Both the position numbers and the translations under genes were made by a program. Shown here piece after piece: positions 1-10,390 of a stretch of 20,970 nt of DNA. The notes under the pieces are model-generated. The model was not told the DNA's origin. It did not search any database and was given only the letters and a program-made list of their open reading frames with translations. This DNA is from Rhodospirillales bacterium (lineage in GTDB: Bacteria > Pseudomonadota > Alphaproteobacteria > Bin95), in contig JAYQLI010000023.1 in the NCBI GenBank assembly GCA_038143065.1, forward strand, positions 1 through 20,970, read 5' to 3'. The number at the start of each line of letters is the position of its first letter. The stretch's first letter is position 1.

Positions 1-182
1 ATGTGCTTACAGCGAAGATATTGCTGCAGCATCGTAAAATTCGTCGCTGCCATTCGCAAAAGAGGAGGTTCTTAATTTAAAGATATCTAACAGGCTAAAG
101 CAAGATTGGAACGGCATCCAAAAGGAATGATCTATTCGTGGAAAATTAACTTGCGGCTTTACTTGAGGCCAAAGCCCCATTT

Positions 183-1073
183 TTAATATGCTGCTTGGTC
201 TACCGAAATCGTGACGCTGCCGCCGAATTTAGCTGAAATCCTACTGACGTATTTGGCGTCTTCTTCAGCACTTTTTGTGACGAAGGGAATGTGGACTGCG
301 ACCAACTGGTTAACCCCGGCATTCGCCGCGAGTCCGCCCAGTTCCTCGGGAGTGAGGTGATGTTCGCTCAAATGCTGCCGCATCTTTTGCAACGACTGTT
401 TTGACATCTCAGGGTTCTTGTCGATGATGCGTTTTATAACAATATCCGGATCGATCAGCTCGCCTACCAGTAGGTCGGCGCCCATGGCCAAATCTTCGAG
501 TGCCCGGCAAGGTCCGGTATCACCTGTGAAAACCATTGATCTGTCAGCCGTATCAAACCGGTAGGACAGCGATACAGGCCCATCCTGACCAAATTGATCT
601 TCAGAGCGGTAATGCGTGTTTTCACAACATGAGACCCTGACGCTGTCTATTTCGACAACATCTCCCGGCCTGATGTCACGGCTAACGATAAAATCGCGCG
701 GGTGCGGCAAAATTTGGCCTGGAATTCCAAAGCCGATCGACTGCGGGATATCGCAGGCCGTAATCAGGTGTTCCAAAATTTCACTGGTTCCTGGGGGGCC
801 ATAAATGTTCATCTGCTGATTTCGATGCGTCATCATGTTGAGGCCCAGACACGCAAAGAGGCTGCCAATATGGTCAAAGTGATGATGGGTTATGAAAAGG
901 TCGCGCACTTGTCGCAGATCATACCCGGCACGCCCGAGCTGTTGGAACGCGCCTTCCCCGCAATCTACAAGGATTGTACCGCCGTCATAGCAACCGCGCG
1001 CTGGTGGCATTCGGTGTGGCTTGGGCATTGGGCCACCTGCAGTCCCAAGCGTGATGAATTTGGTCCTCGACAT
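183..1073 (-). CDS. MBL-fold metallo-hydrolase, RNase Z / arylsulfatase (AtsA)-like, cytoplasmic
   Basis: N-terminal ITLGTAGGP, LVDCGEG, metal-binding THHHFDHIG (HxHxDH), IYGPPG, FTGDTG, C-terminal HHLTPEELG...LVAVH. No obvious signal peptide. Confidence 0.85.
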   Translation of the reverse strand: MSRTKFITLGTAGGPMPKPHRMPPARGCYDGGTILVDCGEGAFQQLGRAGYDLRQVRDLFITHHHFDHIGSLFACLGLNMMTHRNQQMNIYGPPGTSEILEHLITACDIPQSIGFGIPGQILPHPRDFIVSRDIRPGDVVEIDSVRVSCCENTHYRSEDQFGQDGPVSLSYRFDTADRSMVFTGDTGPCRALEDLAMGADLLVGELIDPDIVIKRIIDKNPEMSKQSLQKMRQHLSEHHLTPEELGGLAANAGVNQLVAVHIPFVTKSAEEDAKYVSRISAKFGGSVTISVDQAAY

Positions 1074-1120
1074 TGGTTTATTCCTAAAATTTATATCCTA
1101 GTATTTCACCCGCTGCTACA

Positions 1121-4100
1121 TCAGAGGTCCAGCGTGATTTCTTGGCATCCTTCTGCGGCCCGGGACTGGCAGGTGACGATTTCGGTCTTGCGTTGCGCAT
1201 CGGACAATACAAAGTCTCGATGTTCCACGTTGCCCGAAACGATCCCGCATTTGCAGACACCGCATATTCCATCCGAGCATTTCACGTCAACGGATATGCC
1301 ATTTTCCTGCAGCACATCTGAGATGGACCTATCCTCCGGAACCCACAGTTCTTTGCTCGATTTTGCAAGTTTGACAGTGAAGGCATGGTTTACGTAGTCA
1401 GGCTGTTCCGGGACTGAGAAATACTCCAGATGTCGCGCTTCTTCCGGGAAGCCATGCCGTTTGGCGGCTGCCATCACCCCATCCATGAACCGATCGGGGC
1501 CACAGGTATAGACATGCCAACCGGTTTGATACCTGGACAGAACCGTGTCTAGATCGGCACGGGATCCCTGATCTGAGAAATGGTAATGCACCCGATCTGC
1601 CCAAGGCATTTTTGCCAAGTCATCGAGGAACCCGGCCTCCGCCTTGCGGCTAGCCGAGTAATGCAGCTCAAAATCATGGCCTAGGCCATGCAGGCGGTCG
1701 AAGGCGATCATCGGGGTGATGCCGATGCCGCCGCCCATCAAGAAGGTCTTGGTGGCGCTTTCGTCCAGTTCGAAATGATTGATAGGTTTTGAAATAAAGA
1801 CCCGTCGGCCTTCGGAAAAGATCCGATGCATCATCTTAGAGCCGCCCCGACCGTCATCTTCTCTCAGGACTCCGATCTGATATTTTGATGTATCAGCTGG
1901 GTCGCCCGACATTGAATATTGCCGCAGGAATTCAGGGGTTACAACGACATCAAGATGCGCGCCAGCCGTCCAATCAGGCAGTGGCGCACCGTCCCAAGAG
2001 GTGAATTCATATTTTGTGACGCCTACGCTCATTTTATCGACCTTAGAAACACGCGCCATGATCACAGGGGCATCCCCAAATTTCGGGTATTCATGGGCCA
2101 AACCTCTCTGTCTCACCTCGCGCAAGCCGGCTTTTATCTCTCATCCGCTGAAATCATTTGCTTGTAAAGTTTGGATACCCGCTTCGCGGTCCATCAGGAA
2201 CGGGTATGGCCAGGGCCACGGCGCAAGGTTCGCCGGGTAGACTGCCAATGTCTGGTCTTCGTATTTCAGATCTAGATTCGTTTGTAGATCACGGCGGTTC
2301 ACCGGCTGGGCCAGTGCCTTATATCCTCCGTCTTCTTTTAGCTCTAAATCCCACCACCATTTTTTGATCTCGTTTAACCCACCGTGTCCGAGGCGGTCGT
2401 CCAGCTTTGCGAGCATTGGGGCGGCAGAAGGAACGTTGGAGGCAAGCCAACGAAAAGGCTTTTCCTTGAACAGCCCTTCAAGGTTCCATGGACAGGTCTT
2501 CATACAACGACCACACATCGCGCCTCCCTCTGTCGTGATCCGGTAGGTGGTGCATTTCTGGCTGTCGGACTTCCAAATCTCGTAGCCATTGAACATCTTT
2601 TTTGGACCAGCGGTGATTGCGCCTGAGGGGCATTCGCGAGCACATTTGTTGCAGTTCTCGCAGAAGTTCTGCAGTCCGAAGTCTATGGGCTTATCGTGTT
2701 ACAAGTGGCATGTCCGTGGTGACCACGCCAGATTTCAGGCGCGGCCCTAACAGCGGGTTCAGGATGACCTCGCCAATACGGCTGACCTCGCCTAACCCGG
2801 AAAGTAACAGCAAGGGCGGTTGGAGCACATCTCCGTCTGATGAGGTATGCGCCTTGGCACTGTAGCCAAGGTTGCGGATATGTTTGGCGATCACTCCGCC
2901 TAGAAGCGAGAAACGCAGATAGGCACGCATAGATTGCGCTACTGCAATCCAGTCATCGCCAGATGCCCCCTCCATAGTCTCGAACCCTTGATCGACAATC
3001 ATCGAAATGGCGTTTTGATGCGGCGGGATTAACTCTTCGCCGGTTGTACCGTGGCTATACCACGCCCATTCTGGGCAGCGCGAAATACCGACCGCGTCCA
3101 GTCCCAGAAAATAGCTCGCTGCTTTGACATTGGCCGCATTGCGTTCCGCCTCCGTGGGTTTAGCCGCTGAGGTCTTGGGTTCTCCGTCCTGTAGCAGAAC
3201 GAATGCGCCCAGCATCCGACGATGGGCTGACGCATGCGCGCTTTTGCGGATAAAAAAGCCGCCCTTTGCAGCGTCTTGTTGTTTCTTACCAAGATCGCCA
3301 AATTGCGCACGAGCGAACATGTTGGACCGTTTGGGGACTCGCCACCCGCTCTTCATCAATGAAGGTAGTGGGTTTCTCAACGCGTTTCAGTTTCTCGAAA
3401 GGGTAAGCGCCATCCATATACCTGCGCCGCCGGTAGGGGTCGCGGTTGAGCGCACCCTTTGCACACCCTTTTGCCACCCACCAGGCAGGGCCGAAGGTTT
3501 GTTCTTCCAAAGGAGCGAGAATGCGGTCCGATTCCATCTCCATGTCTGTGGTTACAATCGCCAATCCAAACCCTTTTGCCAATAAAAGGTGCATACAAAT
3601 GCCCGCGTTCAACCGTTGCAAGCCCTGCCGCAATAGCGAGTTTGCCCAGATCAACGTCCGAGGAGGTTGCCGTGTGCGCGCGCCTGAAACCCCAGTAAAT
3701 GCAGATAGTTTGACAGGATCACCGCCGTCTCAGAGGCCCGAAGTGCAGCGCGATGATCCTGCGCATCCTGTATCCATTCAACGCCGGGCTCGTCTTCACG
3801 CGGAGGTCGCATATGTTCGACAAGGCATACAATGGCATGTGAGTGGCCATCAATCGGGGTTGGCGACTCATCGATTGACTCTCTCAGTTCAGCCATAATA
3901 ACGTCGATTCCAGATGAAAGTGTCTTTGTCTGCTTGGTGCGAATCTCATCCGCCAACCTATCGATATCGGGGTTGCGTGTCGGCTTCGCCAGAAACGCGT
4001 CCCTTGGCAATCGGCAGACGCCAATCATTGAAGCATCCTGAAAATAGCCAAATGCCTTCATGTGATTGGACCGCTCAACTGGGTCGGATGGGGCCGTGCT

Positions 4101-4324
4101 CAGCACCGGATTTACCGTTCCATCCCGGATCAGATCCATCATCGCCTGATATTCGCCCATCGCGTTCACCAGCGAATGCGGTGTGCCAAGCCTACGAAAA
4201 TCTAGTGTGGTTGGAGTAGGTACCTGCGACAGGTCTGGCGCGCCATCTACCCGTTTCAGCCGCTCCAACGGATAGGGCCAAGATGAAATGGTCGATTTTT
4301 GGTCGAAAAGATACGTGGCCCCAT
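1121..4324 (-). CDS. rdhA: Catabolic (non-respiratory) B12-dependent reductive dehalogenase fused to a PDR/VanB-type flavin/NAD(P)H-binding + 2Fe-2S reductase (self-sufficient, BhbA-like); ~1070 aa when reassembled across several frameshifts
   Basis: ATG at 4324 gives MGPRIFSTKNRPFHLGP(Y)PLERLKR. The pieces are ORFs 3651-4268, 3286-3654, 2691-3380, 2141-2596 and 1121-2125. RdhA core: LSGLGEVSRIGEVILNPLLGPRLKSGVVTTDMPL. Fe-S motifs: FCENCNKCARECP (CX2CX2CX3CP, ~2626-2665, upstream of the annotated 2596 start) and KCTTYRITTEGGAMCGRCMKTCPWN (CX12CX2CX3CP). Reductase part: RQYS, GRGGS, GGGIGITP, YTCGP, CSDGICGVC...C. No Tat signal. Confidence 0.9.
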
Positions 4325-4353
4325 GGTATTGATTCTATCCCGTGATTTTGGTT

Positions 4354-5194
4354 TTAGGTCGATGACGAAGGTTGGCCCGTATAGCGTAACCGACGCGCAA
4401 GAACGGCTCGTGCTTGGGCCACGATTGGTGCGTCAATCATTTTATCATTTAAGGTAGCGACTGAGGCGCCGTTTTGCCTCGCTTTCTCTGCTACCGCGAT
4501 AATGCTCTGCGCCTCACGAAATTCATCGTCGCTTGGCATAAAGACATCATTCAACACTTTGACTTGCCCTGGATGGATGGCAAAACTGCCGGAGGCACCC
4601 AAAGCTCTTGCTTTAAGCGCCGCCGCTTCAAATCGTACAAAGTCTGTATAGTTCGCGATGGTGTCGGGAATCACCAAGGGTTCGATCCCCGCAGCGCGCG
4701 CAGCCTGGATCACCTGGAACGCCGCCGGCACCAGAAGTTCTGGTGTGGGAGGGGCACCCATCTCGGCCGAGTAGTCTTCGACGCCTAGGCCCAGTCCAAC
4801 GATAGTCGACGCAGCCTCGGCGATGGCAAGCGCGTCGATCACGCCACGCGGAGACTCGATTATCGGAATTAGTGGCGTGGCGCCAGCCAGGTCTGCGGCC
4901 TGCTTGGCTCCAGTGCTCGTGGCATGCGGCAACACGATCAAATCAGCACCCGCGCCTATCGCCACGGCGATGTCGTTTACGCCTCCCGAATGGAGCGGGT
5001 TTACGCGAACAGCAATGTCGGCTCCGGATGCTTCCAGGCCAGCAAGGGCTCCCGACAAAGCAGCGCGTGCTTCGTCTTTCGCTCCTGCGGTATCGCAGCC
5101 TCAAGTCAAGGACAACGGCATCAGCACCACGCGTCGCCGCGCCTTCGACCAAGCGGTTGTTTAGAATTGGCACAAAGAGCAGCGAGCGCCACAT
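4354..5194 (-). CDS. HpcH/HpaI aldolase / citrate lyase beta-subunit (CitE)-like acyl-CoA lyase (malyl-/citramalyl-CoA lyase family); frameshifted
   Basis: WRSLLFVP...GADAVVLDL (ORF 4943-5197) continues into AVRVN, PIIESPRGV, LGVEDYSAEMG, AIHPGQV, KMIDAPIV (ORF 4354-5058). The start overlaps the upstream stop (TGATG, 5192-5196). Confidence 0.85.
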
Positions 5195-6399
5195 CAAACT
5201 ATCCCTTTGACTCTTAGCGTTGCGATTTGATCTGCAGTGAGGCCAATCTCGGCGAGAACCTCGTCGCTATTTTTGCCCTCGCACGGGTGCGGGCGTGCGA
5301 ACCGTCGCAGGAGTCTTGGAAAGTCGGGGAAAGGCGCGTGCATCGGGAGGGCGCCGTGGTCGGGGTCGGTGTAAGTTCTTACGACCTGACGGCCTTGGAT
5401 ATAAGGGTGCGTCATCAGATCGGCGATGTCACAGATCGGACCAACCGTGATGCCGCGCTCCTCAAAATAGATGAGATTCTCTGCCACTGTCCGCTTAACG
5501 AAAAATGCGCCGACGATGACCTCAAGCTCTGCGCGGTTTTGCACCCGATCAGGATTGGTCAGGAACCGCGGGTCTTCGACCAAGTCGGGTCGTCCGATAG
5601 CGCTAGCGAGCTTCTCCCACATCGACTGCATCGTGGCCGACATCGCGACATAGCCGCCATCCGCGCATTCGTAGACGTTGCGCGGTGCGGCCACCTCGCC
5701 CCAGTTGCCGCTACGCTTTGGGACAGACCCGTCTATGGCGTGAGCAGTCGCCATAGGTCCGAGGATGCTGAACAATGGTTCAAAGAGATAGATCCACAAC
5801 CTGTCCCCGCGCCAGACCTTGATCGCGGGCGCGCAGCGCGGCAAGCACCCCACCATAGCCTGCTAGCCCCGCGATCATATCCGCAAGCGCCAAGGGTGGC
5901 AGCAGCGGCTCACGATCCGCAAAGCCGGTCATAGCGGCAAAACCGGACATGCCCTCAATCAGGCTGCCGAACCCAGGTTTGTCTGCGTACGGCCCCGTTT
6001 GACCCCAACCAGACACGCGTACGATCACCAGATCGGGGTTCCTTGCATCAACGCGTCGGGCCCGATGCCCCATTTCTCCAGCGTGCCGGGAACGAAATTT
6101 TCGACGAAAACATCGGCAGTCTCAACGAGCTTCAGCAGAACCTCTTGACCTTCTTTAGCGCGAGGGTTGAGTGACAGCGACCGTTTCGAACGGCTGTACT
6201 CCTTCCACCAGCTTTCGTGCTTGCCAAACCGACGCAGGTCATCGCCGACACCTGGGCGCTCAATCTTGATTACATCCGCCCCAAAATCTGCGAGCATGTG
6301 CGTCAGCATATTTCCTGCAGCTAGACGCGAAAGGTCCAGCACTCGCAGCCCGCGAAGTGGTGAACTCATGCCGTCGCTGAAAAGCGTCGGCTCCGTCAT
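5194..6399 (-). CDS. Family III CoA-transferase (CaiB/BaiF); frameshifted
   Basis: PLRGLRVLDLSRLAAG...LADFGADVIKIERPGVGDDLR, ADVFVENFVPG, RVSGWGQTGPY, LADMIAG, GQVVDLSL, APRNVYECADG, spread over three ORF pieces. Confidence 0.92.
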
Positions 6400-7293
6400 C
6401 TGTCCATCCGTTCCACAAACGCGCGTGCCTGATCCAGATAGGCTTGCTCTGCCGCCCGCTGCTGAGGCAGACCAACAAGGTCGGTATAGACTTGAAAGCC
6501 TACGCCGTGGTGCATCGCTTCACGAAGATCACCGTTTTTCAAGAGATCGCCGTAGAAGGTCTGAAGCGCCTTCATAACGGCATGAGTGGCTGTAACGGGC
6601 ATGGCGCAGGCGGCATAGCCCATATCTTGGTACTCCGCTGCCGACAAAAGTGGGGTCGCGCCGCCGTCGATCAGGTTTACCATGCAGGGGCCGTCAAGTT
6701 CCTTCGGTATCCGGCGAAGTTGTTCAATGATGCAACGGGGCCTCGATAAACAAAATATCTGCGCCAATCTCGCGATAAAGCGCCATACGATCCGTCGCTT
6801 CCTGGAACCCATCTGTTGCAATAGCATCGGTGCGCGCCATGATCATTGTGTCGCCCTGGCGGGCATCCAACGCTGCCTTTAGCTTTCCCACCATCTCTTC
6901 GACGCCAACGATGGCTTTACCTGCCATATGGCCGCAACGCTTGGGAAAGACCTGATCCTCAATAAAGAAGCCACCAACCCCGGCGCGTTCCAACACCTTA
7001 ACGGTACGCGCAACGTTGGTAACATTGCCAAAGCCCGTGTCGCCATCAGCCAACATCGGGATTTCAACCCGTTCCGCGATCCGAGCATAGTAATCTCCCA
7101 ACTCGGTCAACGACAATTGTGAGCTGTCTGGCCGCCCAAGCAACGACGCCGTTGCCGAGTAGCCGCCCGCTGCGATGGCGTTGGCGCCGCAACTTTGGGC
7201 GATCAAGGCGCTCAGCGTGTCATGTACTCCGGGTAAAACTGTGATTTCAGGGGCCTCAATAAGTGTGCGCAGTTGCGTTCCGGCGGTTGTCAT
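6396..7293 (-). CDS. Isocitrate lyase / PEP mutase superfamily C-C lyase (2-methylisocitrate / 2,3-dimethylmalate lyase-like); frameshifted
   Basis: PGVHDTLSA, LADGDTGFG, IEDQVFPKRCGH (catalytic Cys loop), MARTDA, LFIEA, then GATP in the second piece. The stop overlaps the CoA-transferase start (ATGA, 6396-6399). Confidence 0.9.
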
Positions 7294-8808
7294 GTTTTAG
7301 ATTCCGTATTCGTGGTAGGGTGTATCTCGGGCAAGCGGCGCAAAAAGTAGAATAATGTCACGCCAGAGAGCGCCAAAAGAACCAGTGCAATTGGGTATTC
7401 AATGATCCTAGTCCAATCTCCACTCATAAGTGCAGTGCTTTGGGCAAGAGAAATCTCAAAGCGCGGTCAAGGAAGAACGCGATGATGAATATGACGATGG
7501 AAAACCCAGTAGCGGGTCATGATATATCCAAGCGCTGCGAATATCAGCATGATCATAACGCTGAATAAACCACCCTCCGAGATGGACACGCCAACGATGC
7601 ACAAGAGAATGGCTGAAACATAGATGAAAGATTGGGGCGCGGAGACGACCTTGACCCAAAGCCTTAGTCCCAATTGTCCAATCCACAAGTTCAGGAAATT
7701 TGCCATGATCATGGCCCCGAACAGCCCATAGATCAGGCGCCCTTGGTTCTGAAACAACAGCGGCCCGGGTTGAATGCCGTGGATCATGAAGGCGCTGATG
7801 ATCAATGCCGCACTCACGCTGCCGGGAATTCCAAGGGTCAAAGCGGGATCAGGTTAGACCCGACCACCGCCGAGTTCGCCGACCCGTGGCAGCGATGCCG
7901 TGAATATTGCCTTTGCCAAAACTGTCGGGATCATAGAAGCGGCCTTAGCCGAGGAATAGGACATGAACGCGGCCGCAGTGCTGCCGATCCCGGGCGTGGC
8001 ACCCAAGAGCGTGCCGACGACGGCCCCCGCAGCAATGTGTAGCGACATGCCCAATATTCGGCCCAGCTAACCCGCCGGTCTGCAGGATCGCCATCGCCTG
8101 ACAAGTTGATTGCCGCTTCATTGGCCCCTTTATTCCGCGCTAGCCGAGCCAGGATTTCGGATATAGCCAACATACCGAGTGCTACCGAGGCCAAAGGCAG
8201 TCCGTCGTATAGCGCGTAATTGCCAAAAATCAGACGCGGCGAATAGTTTTCGGGATCAGCGCCGATAGTGGACACCAAGAGCCCAAGTGCCGCCGCAATC
8301 GCCCCTTTGATCAGGGATTTGCCAACGAGACCTGAAATGACCGCAAAGGCGAATATCATCAGTGCGAACACCTCTACAGGTCCCATCCTCAGTGCGAGGA
8401 CCGCCAATGGGGCCGAGACGGTGATCAGGACAATGTCACTGAACGTGTCCCCTGTGACTGAGGAGAAGAGCGCCATTTTTGTGGCCTTGAGCGGTTTGCC
8501 CTGGCGCGCAAGCGGGTGCCCGTCGAGCGCGGTTGCTGCAGAATCCGGGGTTCCCGGTGTGTTGATCAAAATTGCTGGAATGGCTCCGCCAACCGTACCC
8601 CTTTGGCCACGCCGACGAGAAAGGCAATCGCCGGAAGTGGATCGAGCGCAAATGTAAAAGGAATTGCAATTGCGATAGCCATAACGGGGCCGATGCCGGG
8701 GATCGCTGCCACGAGTTGTCCCAATACGACACCGAAGACCACAAAGCACACGTTCCACAATGTAAATGCATCGCCTAATCCGGCAAGAATGATGTCTAGA
8801 TCGACCAT
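7290..8808 (-). CDS. tctA: Tripartite tricarboxylate transporter large permease TctA; frameshifted, 3' end approximate
   Basis: AIPGIGPVMAIAI, GGAIPAILINTPGTP, TALDGHPLARQG, PGIGSTAAAFMSY, TLGIPGS...HGIQPGPLLF, across ORFs 8566-8808, 7931-8815, 7854-8054 and 7467-7841. Confidence 0.92.
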
Positions 8809-8817
8809 AAAGCAACC

Positions 8818-9248
8818 TCAGGGCAGTGGACGCTCAAGGACTTGTACCACCAGAAACCAAATGGCCGCTGGCATTCCTACAGAGCCCAGCGCCAGCCAAA
8901 CGGGGCGCCGTTCACCGAAGATCAGCATGATCGCGAGGGCGAGGAATGCGGAAGCCACGACAAATCCGAAACGGGAAATAGCGAACAGTGCCAACGCGAT
9001 AACAGCGAAGTAAATCAAAACCATCTTCAGTTCCTGAAAACTTCTCTGGATCTGTGCCCCGGGTTTGATCGCCAGAAAATTCCGCAGAACACCAGAAAAC
9101 CGGCCAGTGCATTGGGCAGAAGGTCGGGCCGAATGGACCCGTCGTCGATGTCTTCAATTGCTATTGGAAAAATCACGAACAGCAATACCAAACAGAGGGT
9201 CACGACAATCAGCCCTGCAATTCTATCTGCTTCAAGTTTCATGCTCAT
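8818..9248 (-). CDS. tctB: Tripartite tricarboxylate transporter small subunit TctB; frameshifted
   Basis: Small, hydrophobic and located between tctC and tctA. N-terminal ADRIAG, GSIRPDLLP, FGFVVAS, and C-terminal VLERPLP are typical of TctB. Confidence 0.8.
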
Positions 9249-9299
9249 GAACAATAATACTCGCGCTCTGCTCGCCTAAGCAAGCAAAGCGCAGTTCCT

Positions 9300-10246
9300 T
9301 TATTTACCAATCAGCTGTTCCATGATCGGCAATTCGTCGATCATCATATTTCGGGTTGCTGCTGGATCAAGATTGAGCACTGTGGTTTTGGCCGCATTGC
9401 GGACGATTTCAATCACCTCATCTGAGGCCAAGGCATTGCTGATTGCATTACTCAGGGCTTCTATGATGGCCGGATCGGTTCCCTTGGTGGTAGCGATGTA
9501 GAAATTAGAATCGAGGGAAACACCGTACCCCTGCTCGGTAATGGTTTTGACATCCGGCGCATAAGCGTGACGCTTTGGCATTGCCGACCGCGATCATTTT
9601 CACATCGCCTGATTCAAGATATGCACCGTGCGAGCCACCCGCGAAAGAGGCCATCACCTGCCCGCCCAATAGCAGCTTCATGCTTTCGGCTCCGCCTTTT
9701 GTGTTGACGAATTGGAACTCCGCACCGGTCTTCTTGCCGACAGCAGCCAACAAAAGTTTGTGCGGTGAGGCGTTGATAGCGACCGCTAGCGGACCATTGG
9801 CCTTGGCATATTCAACCATGCTTTCCAGATCATCGAATGGGGCGTCCTTACCTGCAACAAGAGCAAGTTGGCCGCGCGCAACGCTGGTAAGATAGTCAAA
9901 GTCATCGACTTTGAAGGGCAGTTGGTCACCGCGCTTTACAAGCTGCATGAGAATAGGTGTGCTGACGCCCATCCCGATAACCTGTCCGTTGGGTTCTGAT
10001 TGTGAAATGCCTGTGAACATTGCAACGCCACCGGCGCCAGGTTTATTCTCAACCACAACATTCCATCCAGTTTGATCTTCCATAACCTTGGCGATGACAC
10101 GGCCCATCGCATCGGTCGAGCCACCGGCACCAAAACCGATTTGGAACATCAAAGGACCATCAGAGTCCATTCTGCGCATTTGCCGCACCGGCGAGTGCCG
10201 TGACTGCAGCAAGCACTACGCCTGCTATTTTAGTTCTAATTTTCAT
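9300..10246 (-). CDS. tctC: Tripartite tricarboxylate transporter substrate-binding protein TctC (Bug family); frameshifted
   Basis: GGAGG RBS, then ATG at 10246 giving a signal peptide MKIRTKIAGVVLAAVTALAGAANA. Motifs GFGAGGSTDAMGR, VVENKPGAGG, KGGAESMKLLLGG, PDVKTITEQG. Confidence 0.9.
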
Positions 10247-10368
10247 CTGTTTTCCTCCCATTTGCCAGCACGCAAGGATCTACGCCCTTTAAGCCAGAAA
10301 TTGACTGTAATGGCATCGAGATTGACATTATCCAATCCATCTGAAAAGTATATTGTTTCTATTGAAGA

Positions 10369-10385
10369 TATCTGGAATATAGATA
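10369..10385. promoter_or_regulatory. Candidate LysR-type recognition site (TATCT-N7-AGATA; contains T-N11-A)
   Basis: TATCTGGAATATAGATA inverted repeat just upstream of the lysR ATG in the divergent intergenic region. A degenerate copy, ATCTGAAAAGTATAT, lies at 10339-10353. Confidence 0.6.
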
Positions 10386-10390
10386 AAGTA

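Noticed and set aside
1121-2125. Stand-alone VanB/phthalate dioxygenase reductase serving a Rieske oxygenase
   Set aside because: No Rieske oxygenase is present in the window, and the upstream sequence reads as a continuous linker from RdhA.
1121-4324. Respiratory RdhA (organohalide respiration) or epoxyqueuosine reductase QueG
   Set aside because: There is no Tat RRxF signal and no visible rdhB anchor. The duplicated N-terminal domain and C-terminal NAD(P)H reductase fit the catabolic clade, not QueG or respiratory enzymes.
6396-7293. PEP mutase / phosphonate biosynthesis
   Set aside because: The active-site loop is EDQVFPKRCGH (lyase type), not the EDKxxxKxNS motif of PEP mutases, and there are no phosphonate genes nearby.
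10247-10390. Cobalamin riboswitch controlling the B12-dependent operon
   Set aside because: The leader is short and AT-rich, and I see no B12-box or conserved riboswitch elements. No B12 synthesis or uptake genes are in the window, so the cofactor must be supplied from elsewhere.
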